Source: Bacteroidota bacterium (GTDB lineage Bacteria > Bacteroidota > Bacteroidia > UKL13-3). From it: a stretch of 64,000 nt of DNA. The stretch is from NCBI GenBank assembly GCA_027482225.1, contig JAIXWD010000009.1, forward strand, positions 2,484 to 66,483, written 5' to 3'. Below the pieces are notes generated by a model. It worked only from the letters and a program-made list of their open reading frames with translations, was not told the origin of the DNA and made no database searches. Shown here piece by piece: positions 20,013-30,150 of this stretch. Each line of letters opens with the position of its first letter. Within the stretch, counting starts at the first letter, position 1. The translations under genes were made by a program, and so were the position numbers.

Positions 20013-22127
20013 TTATTTCACCACACTTCCCGGTTCAATATCTTTCTCCGGGCCTACGGTATATAGTTTACCAAAATCGTTTCCGGCCATCAACAACATG
20101 CCTTGGCTTTCAATACCACGAATTTTACGTGGTGCTAAATTAGCCACAACCGTTACCAATTTGCCTACCAATTCTTCAGGTTGGTAATACTCTGCAATAC
20201 CACTTAAAATAGTGCGTTGCTCAAACCCTAAATCAACGGTAAGTTTTAATAATTTATCTGCTTTTGGTACACGTTCGGCTGTTAATACTTTGCCTACACG
20301 CAAATCAATTTTATCAAAATCATCGTAAACAATATCGGCCTTAACCGGCTGTAATTGTTTGGTTTCGCTGTTTTCTGAAGTTAATGCAGCTTGTTTTTGC
20401 GAGTTATCATTTTCTGTTTTGATGCTTTGCAAACGATCTAACTGAATTTCAATTTCTGCATCTTCAACCTGCTTATATAAAATTTCAGGTTTGCCCAATT
20501 GATGTCCACTTGCAACTAAATTTTCGTTAAACAAACTACCCCAATGCAATTGTGGTGCGTTTAACATGGCCTTTAGTGTGGTAGCTGTATATGGCAAAAA
20601 TGGTTCTGCTGCAATAGCTAACTTCGCACAAATTTGAAGTGCATCAAACATAATGGCCTTTACACTTTCTTCATCTGTTTTTATCAATTTCCAAGGCTCG
20701 GTATCAGCTAAGTATTTATTGCCTGCACGTGCTGCATTTATAAATTCTGCTTGTGCATCACGTAGTTTTACCGCATCTAAATTTTCGCGCATTTGGTGTA
20801 AACTTTGTGCTATGCTATCAAAACAAAGTGTGCGTGCTGCTATTAATTTTTCATCTGTTAATGATTGATTAACGCTTGGTATTATACCTTGGTAATATTT
20901 ATCACTTAATACCAAAACGCGGTTTACAAAATTTCCGAAAATGCTTACCAACTCACTGTTTACACGTGTTTGATAATCTTTCCAAGTAAACTCACTGTCT
21001 TTGGTTTCTGGTGCAATACTGGTTAACACGTAACGTAATTCATCTTGCCTATTCGGAAAATCGGTTAAGTATTCATGCAACCAAACAGCCCAATTGCGGG
21101 AGGTTGAAATTTTATCTCCTTCTAAATTTAAAAACTCGTTTGCAGGAACATTGGTAGGTAAAACATAATTACCATGTGTCATCAACATCATCGGGAAAAT
21201 AATGGCATGAAACACAATGTTGTCTTTCCCAATAAAATGAATTAATGCAGTGTCTTCGTTCTGCCACCAATCTTCGAATTTCGAATTTCGAATTTCGTTT
21301 TTAGCTAAGTATTCTTTAGTAGCACTGATATAACCTATTGGTGCATCAAACCAAACATACAATACTTTACCATCGGCACCATCAATAGGAACAGGTACAC
21401 CCCAATCTAAATCGCGGGTCATGGCTCGTGGTTGTAAACCTTCATTTAGCCAACTTTGGCATTGACCTTTAATGTTGCTCTTCCATCCATCAAACCGTTT
21501 AATGTAATTTTGAAACTGTACGCTTTGTTGGATATCACCCATAGGTAAAAACCAGTTTTTGGTTTCTTTTAATACAGGTGTTGCACCACTTAATGCCGAT
21601 TTTGGGTTAATTAAATCAGTCGGGTTCAATGATGTTCCGCACTTCTCGCATTGGTCGCCATACGCACCAGGATTTCCGCAGCGCGGACATGTACCGGTAA
21701 TGTATCTGTCGGCTAAAAATTGATTAGCATCTTCATCATAATATTGTTGTGTGGTTTCTTCTTTAAAAACGCCTTTATCGTATAGGGTTTTAAAAAATGC
21801 TTGTGCTGTTTCGTGGTGAGTTTTTGATGAAGTACGACCGTAGTAACTAAAGTCAATACCAAAATCTTTGAAAGCATTTTTCATGATGCCATCATATTTA
21901 TCAACTACCTCTTGTGGTGTGATACCTTCTTTTTTAGCTTTAATGGTAATAGGTACTCCGTGCTCGTCACTACCGCAAATAAATACCACATCTTTGCCTT
22001 GTGCTTTAAGATAACGAACATAAATATCTGCAGGTAAATAACAGCCCGCTAAGTGGCCAATATGAACAGGTCCGTTTGCATATGGCAATGCGGCTGTAAC
22101 TATATAACGTTTGGGTTCTTTAATCAT
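20013..22127 (-). CDS. metG: Methionine--tRNA ligase with C-terminal tRNA-binding (EMAP-like) domain
   Basis: 704 aa with [11 protein letters not shown] (HIGH), KISTS (KMSKS), a CPRCG...CEKCG zinc knuckle and a C-terminal DLRVGKV OB-fold. Confidence 0.95.
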   Translation of the reverse strand: MIKEPKRYIVTAALPYANGPVHIGHLAGCYLPADIYVRYLKAQGKDVVFICGSDEHGVPITIKAKKEGITPQEVVDKYDGIMKNAFKDFGIDFSYYGRTSSKTHHETAQAFFKTLYDKGVFKEETTQQYYDEDANQFLADRYITGTCPRCGNPGAYGDQCEKCGTSLNPTDLINPKSALSGATPVLKETKNWFLPMGDIQQSVQFQNYIKRFDGWKSNIKGQCQSWLNEGLQPRAMTRDLDWGVPVPIDGADGKVLYVWFDAPIGYISATKEYLAKNEIRNSKFEDWWQNEDTALIHFIGKDNIVFHAIIFPMMLMTHGNYVLPTNVPANEFLNLEGDKISTSRNWAVWLHEYLTDFPNRQDELRYVLTSIAPETKDSEFTWKDYQTRVNSELVSIFGNFVNRVLVLSDKYYQGIIPSVNQSLTDEKLIAARTLCFDSIAQSLHQMRENLDAVKLRDAQAEFINAARAGNKYLADTEPWKLIKTDEESVKAIMFDALQICAKLAIAAEPFLPYTATTLKAMLNAPQLHWGSLFNENLVASGHQLGKPEILYKQVEDAEIEIQLDRLQSIKTENDNSQKQAALTSENSETKQLQPVKADIVYDDFDKIDLRVGKVLTAERVPKADKLLKLTVDLGFEQRTILSGIAEYYQPEELVGKLVTVVANLAPRKIRGIESQGMLLMAGNDFGKLYTVGPEKDIEPGSVVK
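21274..21297. repeat. Heptamer tandem repeat (tcgaatt x3.4) inside metG
   Basis: Read directly: tcgaatt tcgaatt tcgaatt tcg. It encodes EIRNSKFE. Confidence 0.9.
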
Positions 22128-22285
22128 AAAATCTGATGCAAATTACATCAATTTGCCCGAAGTATGAAATGTAGTATTTGACTGCTAATATGCTTGGCCA
22201 ATTGTTTAAGTATTTTTACTAATAGTATTTTATGGTAGAGTGAGTTGTTTTAAATCTGATTTAGGCTACACCAACTTTACTTTTA

Positions 22286-23503
22286 TTATTTACCAGCACA
22301 GGTTCCTGCAATAAATCCCGTGGTCCATGCTGCTTGAAAATTAAAACCACCTGTAATCCCATCTATATCTAATACTTCGCCTGCAAAATGTAATCCTTTT
22401 ACTTTTTTACTTTCCATGTTTTTGAGTAGTACATCATCTAATGAAATACCACCGCAAGTAACAAACTCATCTTTAAAGGTTGTTTTTCCTTTAACTTCAT
22501 ACTTGTCGTATAGAAGTACTTCAACCAAATTATTCACATCTGCTTTCGATATATCTGCCCAGTTTTTATCTGCATTAATTCCAGTTTTAGCAAACATGTA
22601 ATCTTGCAAACGTTTAGTAAGTTGGTGATAGGGAAATAAGTTTCGCAAATGTTTTGTTGGGTTTGCTGCCTTTAGATTCATTAACTCATTTCTAACAGCA
22701 TCTTCCTTTTTATCATTTAACCAACTTATGCTAATCGTAAAGTCGTATTGAAGTTCGGCTAAATCGCGTGCAGCATATGATGATAGTTTTAATATTGCCG
22801 GGCCACTAAATCCCCAATGCGTAATTAAAATAGGTCCACTAAACTCATGTTTAGTTTCAATAATTTTTATTTTAGCTTGATCTATACTGGTGCCCATTAA
22901 TTCTGTAATTGAATTGTTGGGTACATTAAAAGTGAATAGGGAAGGTACGGGGTTTTCAATATTATGACCTAATGTTTTTAACCAATTAAACCCTTCCATT
23001 TTGGCTTGCCCCCCCGTTGTAACTATAATTTTATCGGCATTTACAGTAGTATTGTTAGTATTTAATAAAAAGCCACCATCCATTTTGGTTTGAATAGACT
23101 TTATTTCTGTATTTAATACAATATTAATTTTTAACTTTTCTACTTCATTAAGCAAGCAGTTGGCAATTGTTTCGCTATTGTCCGTTGTCGGAAACATACG
23201 TCCGTCAGATTCTGTTTTTAATTTAACACCGCGTTGGTTAAACCATGCTACAGTATCATTGGTGCTAAATTTAGTAAACGCACTTTTAAGTGGTCTTTCG
23301 CCTCTAGGATAATTAGTTGTGAGTCTGTTATTTTCGAAACAGGCATGCGTTACATTACATCTTCCCCCTCCCGAAACAAGCACTTTTGTTAGCAACTTTC
23401 CGGTTTTCTCGTAAATGGTAACTTCGTTTGTTTTATTTGCTGTAGCCGCATGTATGGCTGCAAAAAAGCCTGCTGCTCCTCCTCCTATTACTGCTATTTT
23501 CAC
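22286..23503 (-). CDS. HI0933/BaiN-like NAD(P)/FAD-dependent flavoprotein
   Basis: 405 aa with dinucleotide fold IAVIGGGAAGFFAA, GGGRCNVTH and a C-terminal GEVLDIDGITGGFNFQ. Confidence 0.8.
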   Translation of the reverse strand: MKIAVIGGGAAGFFAAIHAATANKTNEVTIYEKTGKLLTKVLVSGGGRCNVTHACFENNRLTTNYPRGERPLKSAFTKFSTNDTVAWFNQRGVKLKTESDGRMFPTTDNSETIANCLLNEVEKLKINIVLNTEIKSIQTKMDGGFLLNTNNTTVNADKIIVTTGGQAKMEGFNWLKTLGHNIENPVPSLFTFNVPNNSITELMGTSIDQAKIKIIETKHEFSGPILITHWGFSGPAILKLSSYAARDLAELQYDFTISISWLNDKKEDAVRNELMNLKAANPTKHLRNLFPYHQLTKRLQDYMFAKTGINADKNWADISKADVNNLVEVLLYDKYEVKGKTTFKDEFVTCGGISLDDVLLKNMESKKVKGLHFAGEVLDIDGITGGFNFQAAWTTGFIAGTCAGK

Positions 23504-23714
23504 GATTGCAAATGTATAGTTTTATTTAAAACCTTAAAAGCTAAAGTTTTAATCTAACTATTTCTTATATCTGCATAACATTTTAATATAGTAATTAGTA
23601 AGGTAAATCAATAGTTGTTAATAGATTTGTAAGTTTCCTTGGGGTAATGCTATTGCAGGTCCTAACTCAAATTTATTAATAAATTTTATAGGGCTTTATC
23701 ATTCAAAAAATTAA

Positions 23715-23755
23715 AAGAAAAGCCGCAGTTGACTTGTTAAATGCGGCTTTTGATT
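23715..23755 (-). terminator. Rho-independent terminator of rsfS
   Basis: Stem aagccgca / tgcggctt. On the minus strand it is followed by ttttcttttaatttttt. Confidence 0.55.
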
Positions 23756-23770
23756 GCGGTAAGATTTATT

Positions 23771-24358
23771 TTATTTTCCTTTAAACTTCACTTCTTTGGC
23801 ATCACCCCAAAGTTCTTCAATAGCATAAAAATCTCTTTTATCGCGCTGAAATACATGGGCTACTACATCAATATAATCCAATAAAACCCATTCTAAATTT
23901 TCAAATCCTTCTCGATGCCAAGGTTTTTCGTTAAGTACCTTAACCGTTTCTTCTTCTGCGCTATTAGCAATTGCCTCTACTTGTTTGTCACTTTCAGCAT
24001 GGCTAACAACAAAAAAATCAGAACTGGCTCCACGTACTTCACGCATATCTAAGATACGAATGTGCTCTGCTTTTTTCTCATACATACCTTGTGCTACACA
24101 CATAGCTAAAACCAATGCTTGGTCTGCTGTTGTGGCTTTGCTGCTTCGCTCCGGACGTATCCCTTTTGGTTTTGGAGTAATTCCTTTTTTAACCGCAGGT
24201 TTTTTCTCCTTGCTTAGTTTTTTAATTTCTTTATCAAGCTCCTGCGCTTCTTTTGCTGCTTTACTTAATTTTTTAGGTGTTGCTTTTTTAGCTCCTTTTG
24301 CAGCGGTTTTACCAGCGGTTTTTTTCGCTGCAGTTTTTTTTGCTGGTGTTTTTGCCAT
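23771..24358 (-). CDS. rsfS: Ribosome silencing factor RsfS with a Lys/Ala-rich N-terminal extension
   Basis: The C-terminal roughly 115 aa match RsfS (DFFVVSHAESDKQVEAIA, DYIDVVAHVFQRDKRDFYAIEELWGDA). The first roughly 75 aa are AKK/PKK-rich low complexity. Confidence 0.8.
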   Translation of the reverse strand: MAKTPAKKTAAKKTAGKTAAKGAKKATPKKLSKAAKEAQELDKEIKKLSKEKKPAVKKGITPKPKGIRPERSSKATTADQALVLAMCVAQGMYEKKAEHIRILDMREVRGASSDFFVVSHAESDKQVEAIANSAEEETVKVLNEKPWHREGFENLEWVLLDYIDVVAHVFQRDKRDFYAIEELWGDAKEVKFKGK

Positions 24359-24394
24359 TACTCTTAATAACTTTGATGCAAAAGTAATCTTTTA

Positions 24395-25144
24395 ATGGAT
24401 ATAAACTCATTAACCCAATCACTACAATTTAAAATCGTGTATTTAGATGTTGTAACATCTACCAATTCGCTTGCTCGCGAAAGTTTAAATGCCTCCAAAG
24501 CAGTAGAAGGTTCGGTTATTTTTGCAAGCGAGCAAACCCAAGGACGAGGGCAATTAAATTCTGTTTGGGAAAGTAATTATGGCAAAAATGTGTTATGTTC
24601 AATAATTTTAACACCTGTTTTTTTAACCCCTATTCAACAAACATATTTAAACATGGCTGTTTGTTTGGCTATGTTAGATACAATTACTATGTTTATTCCA
24701 GGTGCAAGTGTTAAGTGGCCCAATGATATTTACACAAATAAAAAAAAGGTGGCTGGATTGCTTTTAGAAAATGCCATACAAGGTAATCACATTAAGCACA
24801 GTATAGTGGGTGTTGGCATAAATGTTAACCAATTAGACTTTAAAGTTAAAGGTGCTACATCTTTGTGCACTGAGACTAAACAAGTAATGGTGGTTGATGA
24901 TGTTTTACAGCTACTTCTCAAAAACATCAACCAAAGATATGGCATGCTTAAGCTTAATCAGTGGGATATGATTAATAAAGAATATCATAAACACTTGTTG
25001 GGGTTGAACGAACAATGTACCTTTAAAACCGAAACGGAAGAGTTTGTTGGTGTGATAATGGGGGTTGATGTGCATGGCCAACTTATGGTTAAAAAAGGTG
25101 ATTCAATAAAAAACTATCGTGTTAAAGAAATAAGTATGTTATGA
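24395..25144 (+). CDS. birA: Biotin--[acetyl-CoA-carboxylase] ligase (no N-terminal HTH)
   Basis: 249 aa with GRGQLNSVWES (the GRGRxGRxW-type motif) and KWPNDIY. Confidence 0.85.
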   Translation: MDINSLTQSLQFKIVYLDVVTSTNSLARESLNASKAVEGSVIFASEQTQGRGQLNSVWESNYGKNVLCSIILTPVFLTPIQQTYLNMAVCLAMLDTITMFIPGASVKWPNDIYTNKKKVAGLLLENAIQGNHIKHSIVGVGINVNQLDFKVKGATSLCTETKQVMVVDDVLQLLLKNINQRYGMLKLNQWDMINKEYHKHLLGLNEQCTFKTETEEFVGVIMGVDVHGQLMVKKGDSIKNYRVKEISML

Positions 25145-25869
25145 TAACACTTGCAATAGATATTGGTAATACAAGAACCAAAGCTGCAGTTTTTAATCAA
25201 AATGATTTGATAGTGGAAGAATACATTTATCATCCCGATGACTTACACCTATTCATACAAACTCAACAACCCAAACATGCCGTGATGTGTTCTGTTGGCG
25301 ATGGTGCAGATTTGCTGGCACAGGTGATATTAAATCATCAAATTCCATTACTTAGGGTAACATACAAAACTGAATTTCCTTTTGTGGTTCAATATAAAAC
25401 ACCTCATACTTTAGGCATGGATCGCATTTCAGGTATTGCAGCCGCAAAATTTTTATTTCCCCATAAAAATTGTTTGGTAATTGATGCAGGTACTTGTATT
25501 ACCTACGATTTCTTGTCAAAAGAACATCAATATACTGGTGGAGCCATTTCGCCAGGTTTGCAAATGCGTTTAAGGGCCATGCATGAATTTACTATTAAGT
25601 TACCTTATCCCGAATTAATTTGGCCTGATAATTTTGAAGGGCAATCAACAAATGATGCACTATTAAGTGGGGTTTGTTTTGGAGTGGCTGATGAAATAAA
25701 TGGAAAAATAGAACGTTATACTCAACGATATGGCACTTTGCAGGTATTATTATGTGGTGGTAATACAGCAATGTTGGCTAAACACATAAAAAACAACATA
25801 TTTGCAGTTCCCTCTTTAGTTTTAGTGGGGTTAAATCAAATCTTATTATTCCATGTTAACAAAGGCTAA
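25141..25869 (+). CDS. coaX: Type III pantothenate kinase
   Basis: 242 aa with LAIDIGNTRTK, GMDR and VIDAGTCITYD motifs. It overlaps birA by ATGA. Confidence 0.9.
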   Translation: MITLAIDIGNTRTKAAVFNQNDLIVEEYIYHPDDLHLFIQTQQPKHAVMCSVGDGADLLAQVILNHQIPLLRVTYKTEFPFVVQYKTPHTLGMDRISGIAAAKFLFPHKNCLVIDAGTCITYDFLSKEHQYTGGAISPGLQMRLRAMHEFTIKLPYPELIWPDNFEGQSTNDALLSGVCFGVADEINGKIERYTQRYGTLQVLLCGGNTAMLAKHIKNNIFAVPSLVLVGLNQILLFHVNKG

Positions 25870-27139
25870 AAGCCTATTCAGTATAACGATGATACTGTTA
25901 GGGTATCATCTTTCGGCACAAAATTTATCCAAATCGCCATACTCGGCACTTGGTGTTGGTGATATGCAATTTGGCGGCAGCGCTTGGATGCATGGTATGG
26001 GCCAAATTAATCAAGGGGTTAGTTTATCAAATGTCATTAACAATCAAAACCCTGCTTCTTACAGCACTTTTCAATTAAGTACTTGGGATGCCGCTGCCAT
26101 AGGTTCAATGGCAAATATCAGCACCAAAACTGCTACTGGAAGTTTTAACACGGCATCAATGGCCTACATGGCATTAGGCATGCCACTTTCGCAAAAATTA
26201 AATTGGGGGTTAAGTTTTGGGTTGATGCCGTATTCTGGTGTTGGCTATAATGTAAACCGTCAAATACAAACGTCAACATTTAATGGTACAGAAAGCATTG
26301 AAGGCCAAGGAGGGTTGTCAAAGTTTTATATTGGTTCAGGAATACGAATTTATAAAGGACTTGCTTTTGGATTTAATGCATCTTATGCATATGGACAAAT
26401 ACGTAATACCACGCTGTTAAGTATTCCTCGCGATTCTTTAATGTATAATTTGATTGAAAATAGAGACAGATATATTGGCGATTTTATGTTTGAATTAGGA
26501 CTGCAGTATCAGGATACTTTTATATACAAAGAGCGTAAATATAGTTTTGGCCTTGGTGCAACATTTGGTCCACAAACTAGCCTAAACTCCAATGATAATT
26601 ACAATGTACGAACATTGGGTGTTGGCGTAACTGCTCCAACAAACATAGGTAAAGATACAGTAGCAAATTCAGAGTCGGTAAATGGTGTAGTTGTTTTACC
26701 AATGTATTTAAAGGGTGGTGTGTTTTTTCAACAAGTAAATAAATGGGGTGTTGGCATTGATTTAGGGTATAATAATTGGGCGAATTATTTAGGTATGGGT
26801 GTACGCGATTCACTTAAAAACATGACCAGCATAAATATAGGCGGATACTTCACTCCTGATGCTTTTGCAATAAAGAACTATTTAAAAAGAATTGAATACC
26901 GTGCAGGTATGCGATATGATAATGGGATGTTAAGTGCAAATGGAACTAATGTTTCAACTATGGCATTTTCTGTTGGAGCAGGTTTGCCTTTAGGTAAATC
27001 ACGTTCTAAGGTTAATCTTGCTGCCGAGTATTTGATGCGCGGAACCACTGAACAAAAATTAGTTAAAGAGGAGTACATAAGGTTTGTTATTGGGGTTTCT
27101 ATTTCTGATAAATGGTTTCAACGATACAGATATGATTAA
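25853..27139 (+). CDS. Putative outer-membrane beta-barrel protein
   Basis: 428 aa with a signal peptide and alternating aromatic/Gly-rich beta-strand patterning throughout. It overlaps the coaX end by 17 nt. I cannot assign a specific family. Confidence 0.5.
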   Translation: MLTKAKSLFSITMILLGYHLSAQNLSKSPYSALGVGDMQFGGSAWMHGMGQINQGVSLSNVINNQNPASYSTFQLSTWDAAAIGSMANISTKTATGSFNTASMAYMALGMPLSQKLNWGLSFGLMPYSGVGYNVNRQIQTSTFNGTESIEGQGGLSKFYIGSGIRIYKGLAFGFNASYAYGQIRNTTLLSIPRDSLMYNLIENRDRYIGDFMFELGLQYQDTFIYKERKYSFGLGATFGPQTSLNSNDNYNVRTLGVGVTAPTNIGKDTVANSESVNGVVVLPMYLKGGVFFQQVNKWGVGIDLGYNNWANYLGMGVRDSLKNMTSINIGGYFTPDAFAIKNYLKRIEYRAGMRYDNGMLSANGTNVSTMAFSVGAGLPLGKSRSKVNLAAEYLMRGTTEQKLVKEEYIRFVIGVSISDKWFQRYRYD

Positions 27140-27142
27140 TTA

Positions 27143-27682
27143 ATGCGTCTTATCTCTCAATGTTTATTAATTTTAAATCTTATTCTGGTTGGTTGCAGTG
27201 AAAGCAATACAGACAAGGTTAAGCGCGTTTCACCAGAGCGTATTTTGCCAATTGAGACGGGTAAGGATGTACTTATTAACTATACCGACAGTGGATTAAC
27301 GAAAGCCAGAGTTAAAGCACCTTTATTGGAACGGTATGCCACAGAGGATAAAAACTACACAGAAATGCGATATGGAATTAGCGTTGATTTCTTGAATAAA
27401 AACGGAACAGTCGAAAGTTTTTTAAAAGCCAAATACGCCATTCGTTATGATCGTGAAAAACGTATGATAGCTAGAAATGATGTAGTAGTTTTGAATATTG
27501 CAGGAGATACATTGCGCACCGAAGAGTTGATATGGGAAGAAGCCACACAGCGCGTTTATTCCGATAAATTTGTTCGTATCACAACCAAATCCGAAATTAT
27601 TATGGGCGATGGCTTTGAGTCTGATATTACATTTAAAAATCCCAAAATACATAAGATACGAGGTATCGTAAATTTGAAGTAA
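27143..27682 (+). CDS. lptC: LptC-like LPS export periplasmic lipoprotein
   Basis: 179 aa with lipobox LILVGCSE and an OstA/LptC-like beta-jellyroll pattern. Its position after coaX and an OMP gene is typical of Bacteroidota. Confidence 0.55.
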   Translation: MRLISQCLLILNLILVGCSESNTDKVKRVSPERILPIETGKDVLINYTDSGLTKARVKAPLLERYATEDKNYTEMRYGISVDFLNKNGTVESFLKAKYAIRYDREKRMIARNDVVVLNIAGDTLRTEELIWEEATQRVYSDKFVRITTKSEIIMGDGFESDITFKNPKIHKIRGIVNLK

Positions 27683-27774
27683 ATTGCTATTTCACTCATG
27701 TGGCAATGTATAATTAGTAGGTTTATACACTAATTTTTTAAGACTTATTACTTTCATTTTTTTACCTTGCAAAT

Positions 27775-28122
27775 ATGTTTAAGCATCAGCGCTTTTTAGA
27801 AAATATGCACATACCCTTGTGGCTCATTAAGGATGCTTGTTGGATGCTGCAATTTAAATTTGTTAGTACTATTGTAGCTTTACCAACCATAAGTGTGGCA
27901 ATTTATTTAGTTATTATTACACGTAATTCTCCAAAACGTTTTTGGCCGAATCTAGCAGTTTTATTTTGGATAGGTGCCAATACTACTTGGATGCTAGGGG
28001 AGTTTTATCAGTTCGATTTTACAGTTCCCGCGGTAACATTATTTTTAGTGGGTATTGTAGCCATTTTCGTATATATTTTCATTATTTTCACAAATCCAAA
28101 ACCTCATCAAACCAAGAGTTAA
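27775..28122 (+). CDS. Small integral membrane protein (about 3 TM)
   Basis: 115 aa with hydrophobic segments. No family recognised. Confidence 0.5.
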   Translation: MFKHQRFLENMHIPLWLIKDACWMLQFKFVSTIVALPTISVAIYLVIITRNSPKRFWPNLAVLFWIGANTTWMLGEFYQFDFTVPAVTLFLVGIVAIFVYIFIIFTNPKPHQTKS

Positions 28123-28239
28123 AAAATTATGACAATAAATTTCGGATAGAATTTCCTTAAATTAAAAAACAAATACTAATTTTACGCGGTTAAATACAAT
28201 AAACAGTCACTTCGCTTCATAGGTTTTTAATACAACAAA

Positions 28240-29562
28240 ATGGATAAAATTAAAGAAAGGTTTGAAGAAATAGGTTTACCTAAAGCTACAGAAATTAAAG
28301 AATTTTTAAAGGCAAATGCAGATGCCCCAATGGGAACATATACTTTAGATTCCGTATCATCTGGCATGAAGGGAATGATAGGCCTTATAACTGAAACATC
28401 ATTGTTAGATGCTGAAGAAGGAATTCGTTTCAGAGGATATAGTATCCCTGAATTAAGAGAAAAGCTTCCACGTTTAGAAGGAACTACAGAGCCACTTCCA
28501 GAAGGTCTATTTTATTTAATGTTAATTGGTAAAATCCCTACCTATGATGAAATGTATGAAGTAGGAAGTAATTGGACAAAACGTGCCATTGTTCCTAAAC
28601 ACGTTTTTGAAGTAATTGATGCTTTACCAATTTCAACCCATCCAATGACTCAGTTTTCTATAGCAATTATGGCTATGCAAACAGAGAGTGAATTTGCTGC
28701 GGCCTATCGTAACGGTGTAAATAAAAAAGATTATTGGGTTCATACATTTGAAGATTCGATGAATTTAATTGCTCGGTTACCTCGCGTAGCAGCATATATT
28801 TATCGCAGAACTTATAAAAACAATGTTCATATCGAACCTAATCCAAAATTGGATTGGGCTGCAAACTTCGCTCACATGCTGGGTTATGGAGATAATGATG
28901 GTTTTAAGGAATTAATGCGTTTATACATGGTTATCCATGCGGATCACGAAGGAGGAAACGTATCTGCTCACACTACGCATCTTGTTGGTTCGGCATTAAG
29001 TGATCCTTATTTGGCGTTTTCTGCAGCCATGAATGGTTTAGCAGGTCCGTTACACGGATTAGCCAACCAAGAAGTAATACGTTGGGTATTGGAGTTACAA
29101 GAAGCATTGGGTGGTGGTAAACCAAGTAAACAACAAATTGAAGATTATATTAACAAGACCATTAACGAAGGTAAAGTTGTACCAGGATATGGTCATGCAG
29201 TTCTGCGTAAAACTGATCCTCGCTTTACCGCTCAAATGGAATTTGCAAAAACGCACATGCCAAACGATGAGTTAGTAAATATTGTTTGGGATGTATATGA
29301 TGTAGCTCCCAATATCTTGGGTAATTTCAAAAAAATTAAAAATCCTTGGCCAAATGTTGATGCCCACAGTGGTGCATTATTGTTACATTACGGGTTAAAA
29401 GAATATGATTTCTTTACCGTATTGTTTGGTGTATCTCGTGCATTAGGAGTGTTATCTTCATTAGTTTGGGATAGGGCATTAGGAATGGCACTCGAGCGTC
29501 CAAAATCAGTTACTTCTGATTGGATTAAAAATAAAATTGCTGCTCAATCACAAGCAAAATAA
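28240..29562 (+). CDS. gltA: Citrate synthase
   Basis: 440 aa with the GYGHAVLRKTDPR signature, HADHEGGNVSAHT and LHGLANQE. Confidence 0.93.
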   Translation: MDKIKERFEEIGLPKATEIKEFLKANADAPMGTYTLDSVSSGMKGMIGLITETSLLDAEEGIRFRGYSIPELREKLPRLEGTTEPLPEGLFYLMLIGKIPTYDEMYEVGSNWTKRAIVPKHVFEVIDALPISTHPMTQFSIAIMAMQTESEFAAAYRNGVNKKDYWVHTFEDSMNLIARLPRVAAYIYRRTYKNNVHIEPNPKLDWAANFAHMLGYGDNDGFKELMRLYMVIHADHEGGNVSAHTTHLVGSALSDPYLAFSAAMNGLAGPLHGLANQEVIRWVLELQEALGGGKPSKQQIEDYINKTINEGKVVPGYGHAVLRKTDPRFTAQMEFAKTHMPNDELVNIVWDVYDVAPNILGNFKKIKNPWPNVDAHSGALLLHYGLKEYDFFTVLFGVSRALGVLSSLVWDRALGMALERPKSVTSDWIKNKIAAQSQAK

Positions 29563-30072
29563 ATGTTAATCAAACGCTTTATTTTATTATACATCACAGC
29601 CGGTTTGTTTATACTAACCGGCTGTGGTTTTTATTCCCATACAGGAGCATCTGTTCCTCCCAATGCCAAAACTTTTTCAGTGGACTACTTAAACAATGTG
29701 GCAAGTATTGTTATGCCATCACTAAGTCAGGTTTTAACAGAAAAACTTAAATTAAGGTTCATTAACGAAACCACATTAAAGCTTACTCAACAAGACGGAG
29801 ACATTAGATTTAGTGGTAAAATATTAAATTATGTTACATCTCCTGTGGCGGTTCAAGGTAATCAACAAAATGCAGTTAATAGATTAACGGTAACCATAGA
29901 AATTACATATCAAAATACCAAAGACGATACTAAAAATTTCACACAACAGTTTAGTAACTTTGTAGATTATCCAGCTTCAGAAAACTTTTCGGCCGTAGAG
30001 ATTGATTTGGTAAATAAAGTCACTGACATATTGGTGCAAGACGTTTTTAATAAGGCATTTATTAATTGGTAA
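29563..30072 (+). CDS. lptE: LptE-like LPS-assembly lipoprotein
   Basis: 169 aa with lipobox ILTGCGFYSHTGAS and the segments LSQVLTEKLKLRF and NRLTVTIEITYQN, typical of the Bacteroidota LptE family. Its ATG directly follows the gltA stop. Confidence 0.55.
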   Translation: MLIKRFILLYITAGLFILTGCGFYSHTGASVPPNAKTFSVDYLNNVASIVMPSLSQVLTEKLKLRFINETTLKLTQQDGDIRFSGKILNYVTSPVAVQGNQQNAVNRLTVTIEITYQNTKDDTKNFTQQFSNFVDYPASENFSAVEIDLVNKVTDILVQDVFNKAFINW

Positions 30073-30150
30073 ACGTTTGATTGGAGACTCATCGTCACTT
30101 TCTACTTTTCATCAATTCAAAAAAAAACCGTTTATTCGCATAATCACCAA

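Noticed and set aside
21274-21297. Heptamer tandem repeat in metG as a slipped-strand phase-variation site
   Set aside because: It has only about 3.4 copies, inside an essential gene. Three heptamers keep the frame, and the region encodes a plausible surface segment (EIRNSKFE). It is most likely neutral.
23985-24395. 136-aa plus-strand ORF antisense to rsfS and ending at the birA start
   Set aside because: It is the mirror image of the Lys/Ala-rich rsfS coding region (AAA/GCn codons read antisense as Phe/Ala). The product is low complexity (FFAAVFFAGVFA), so I treat it as a shadow ORF.
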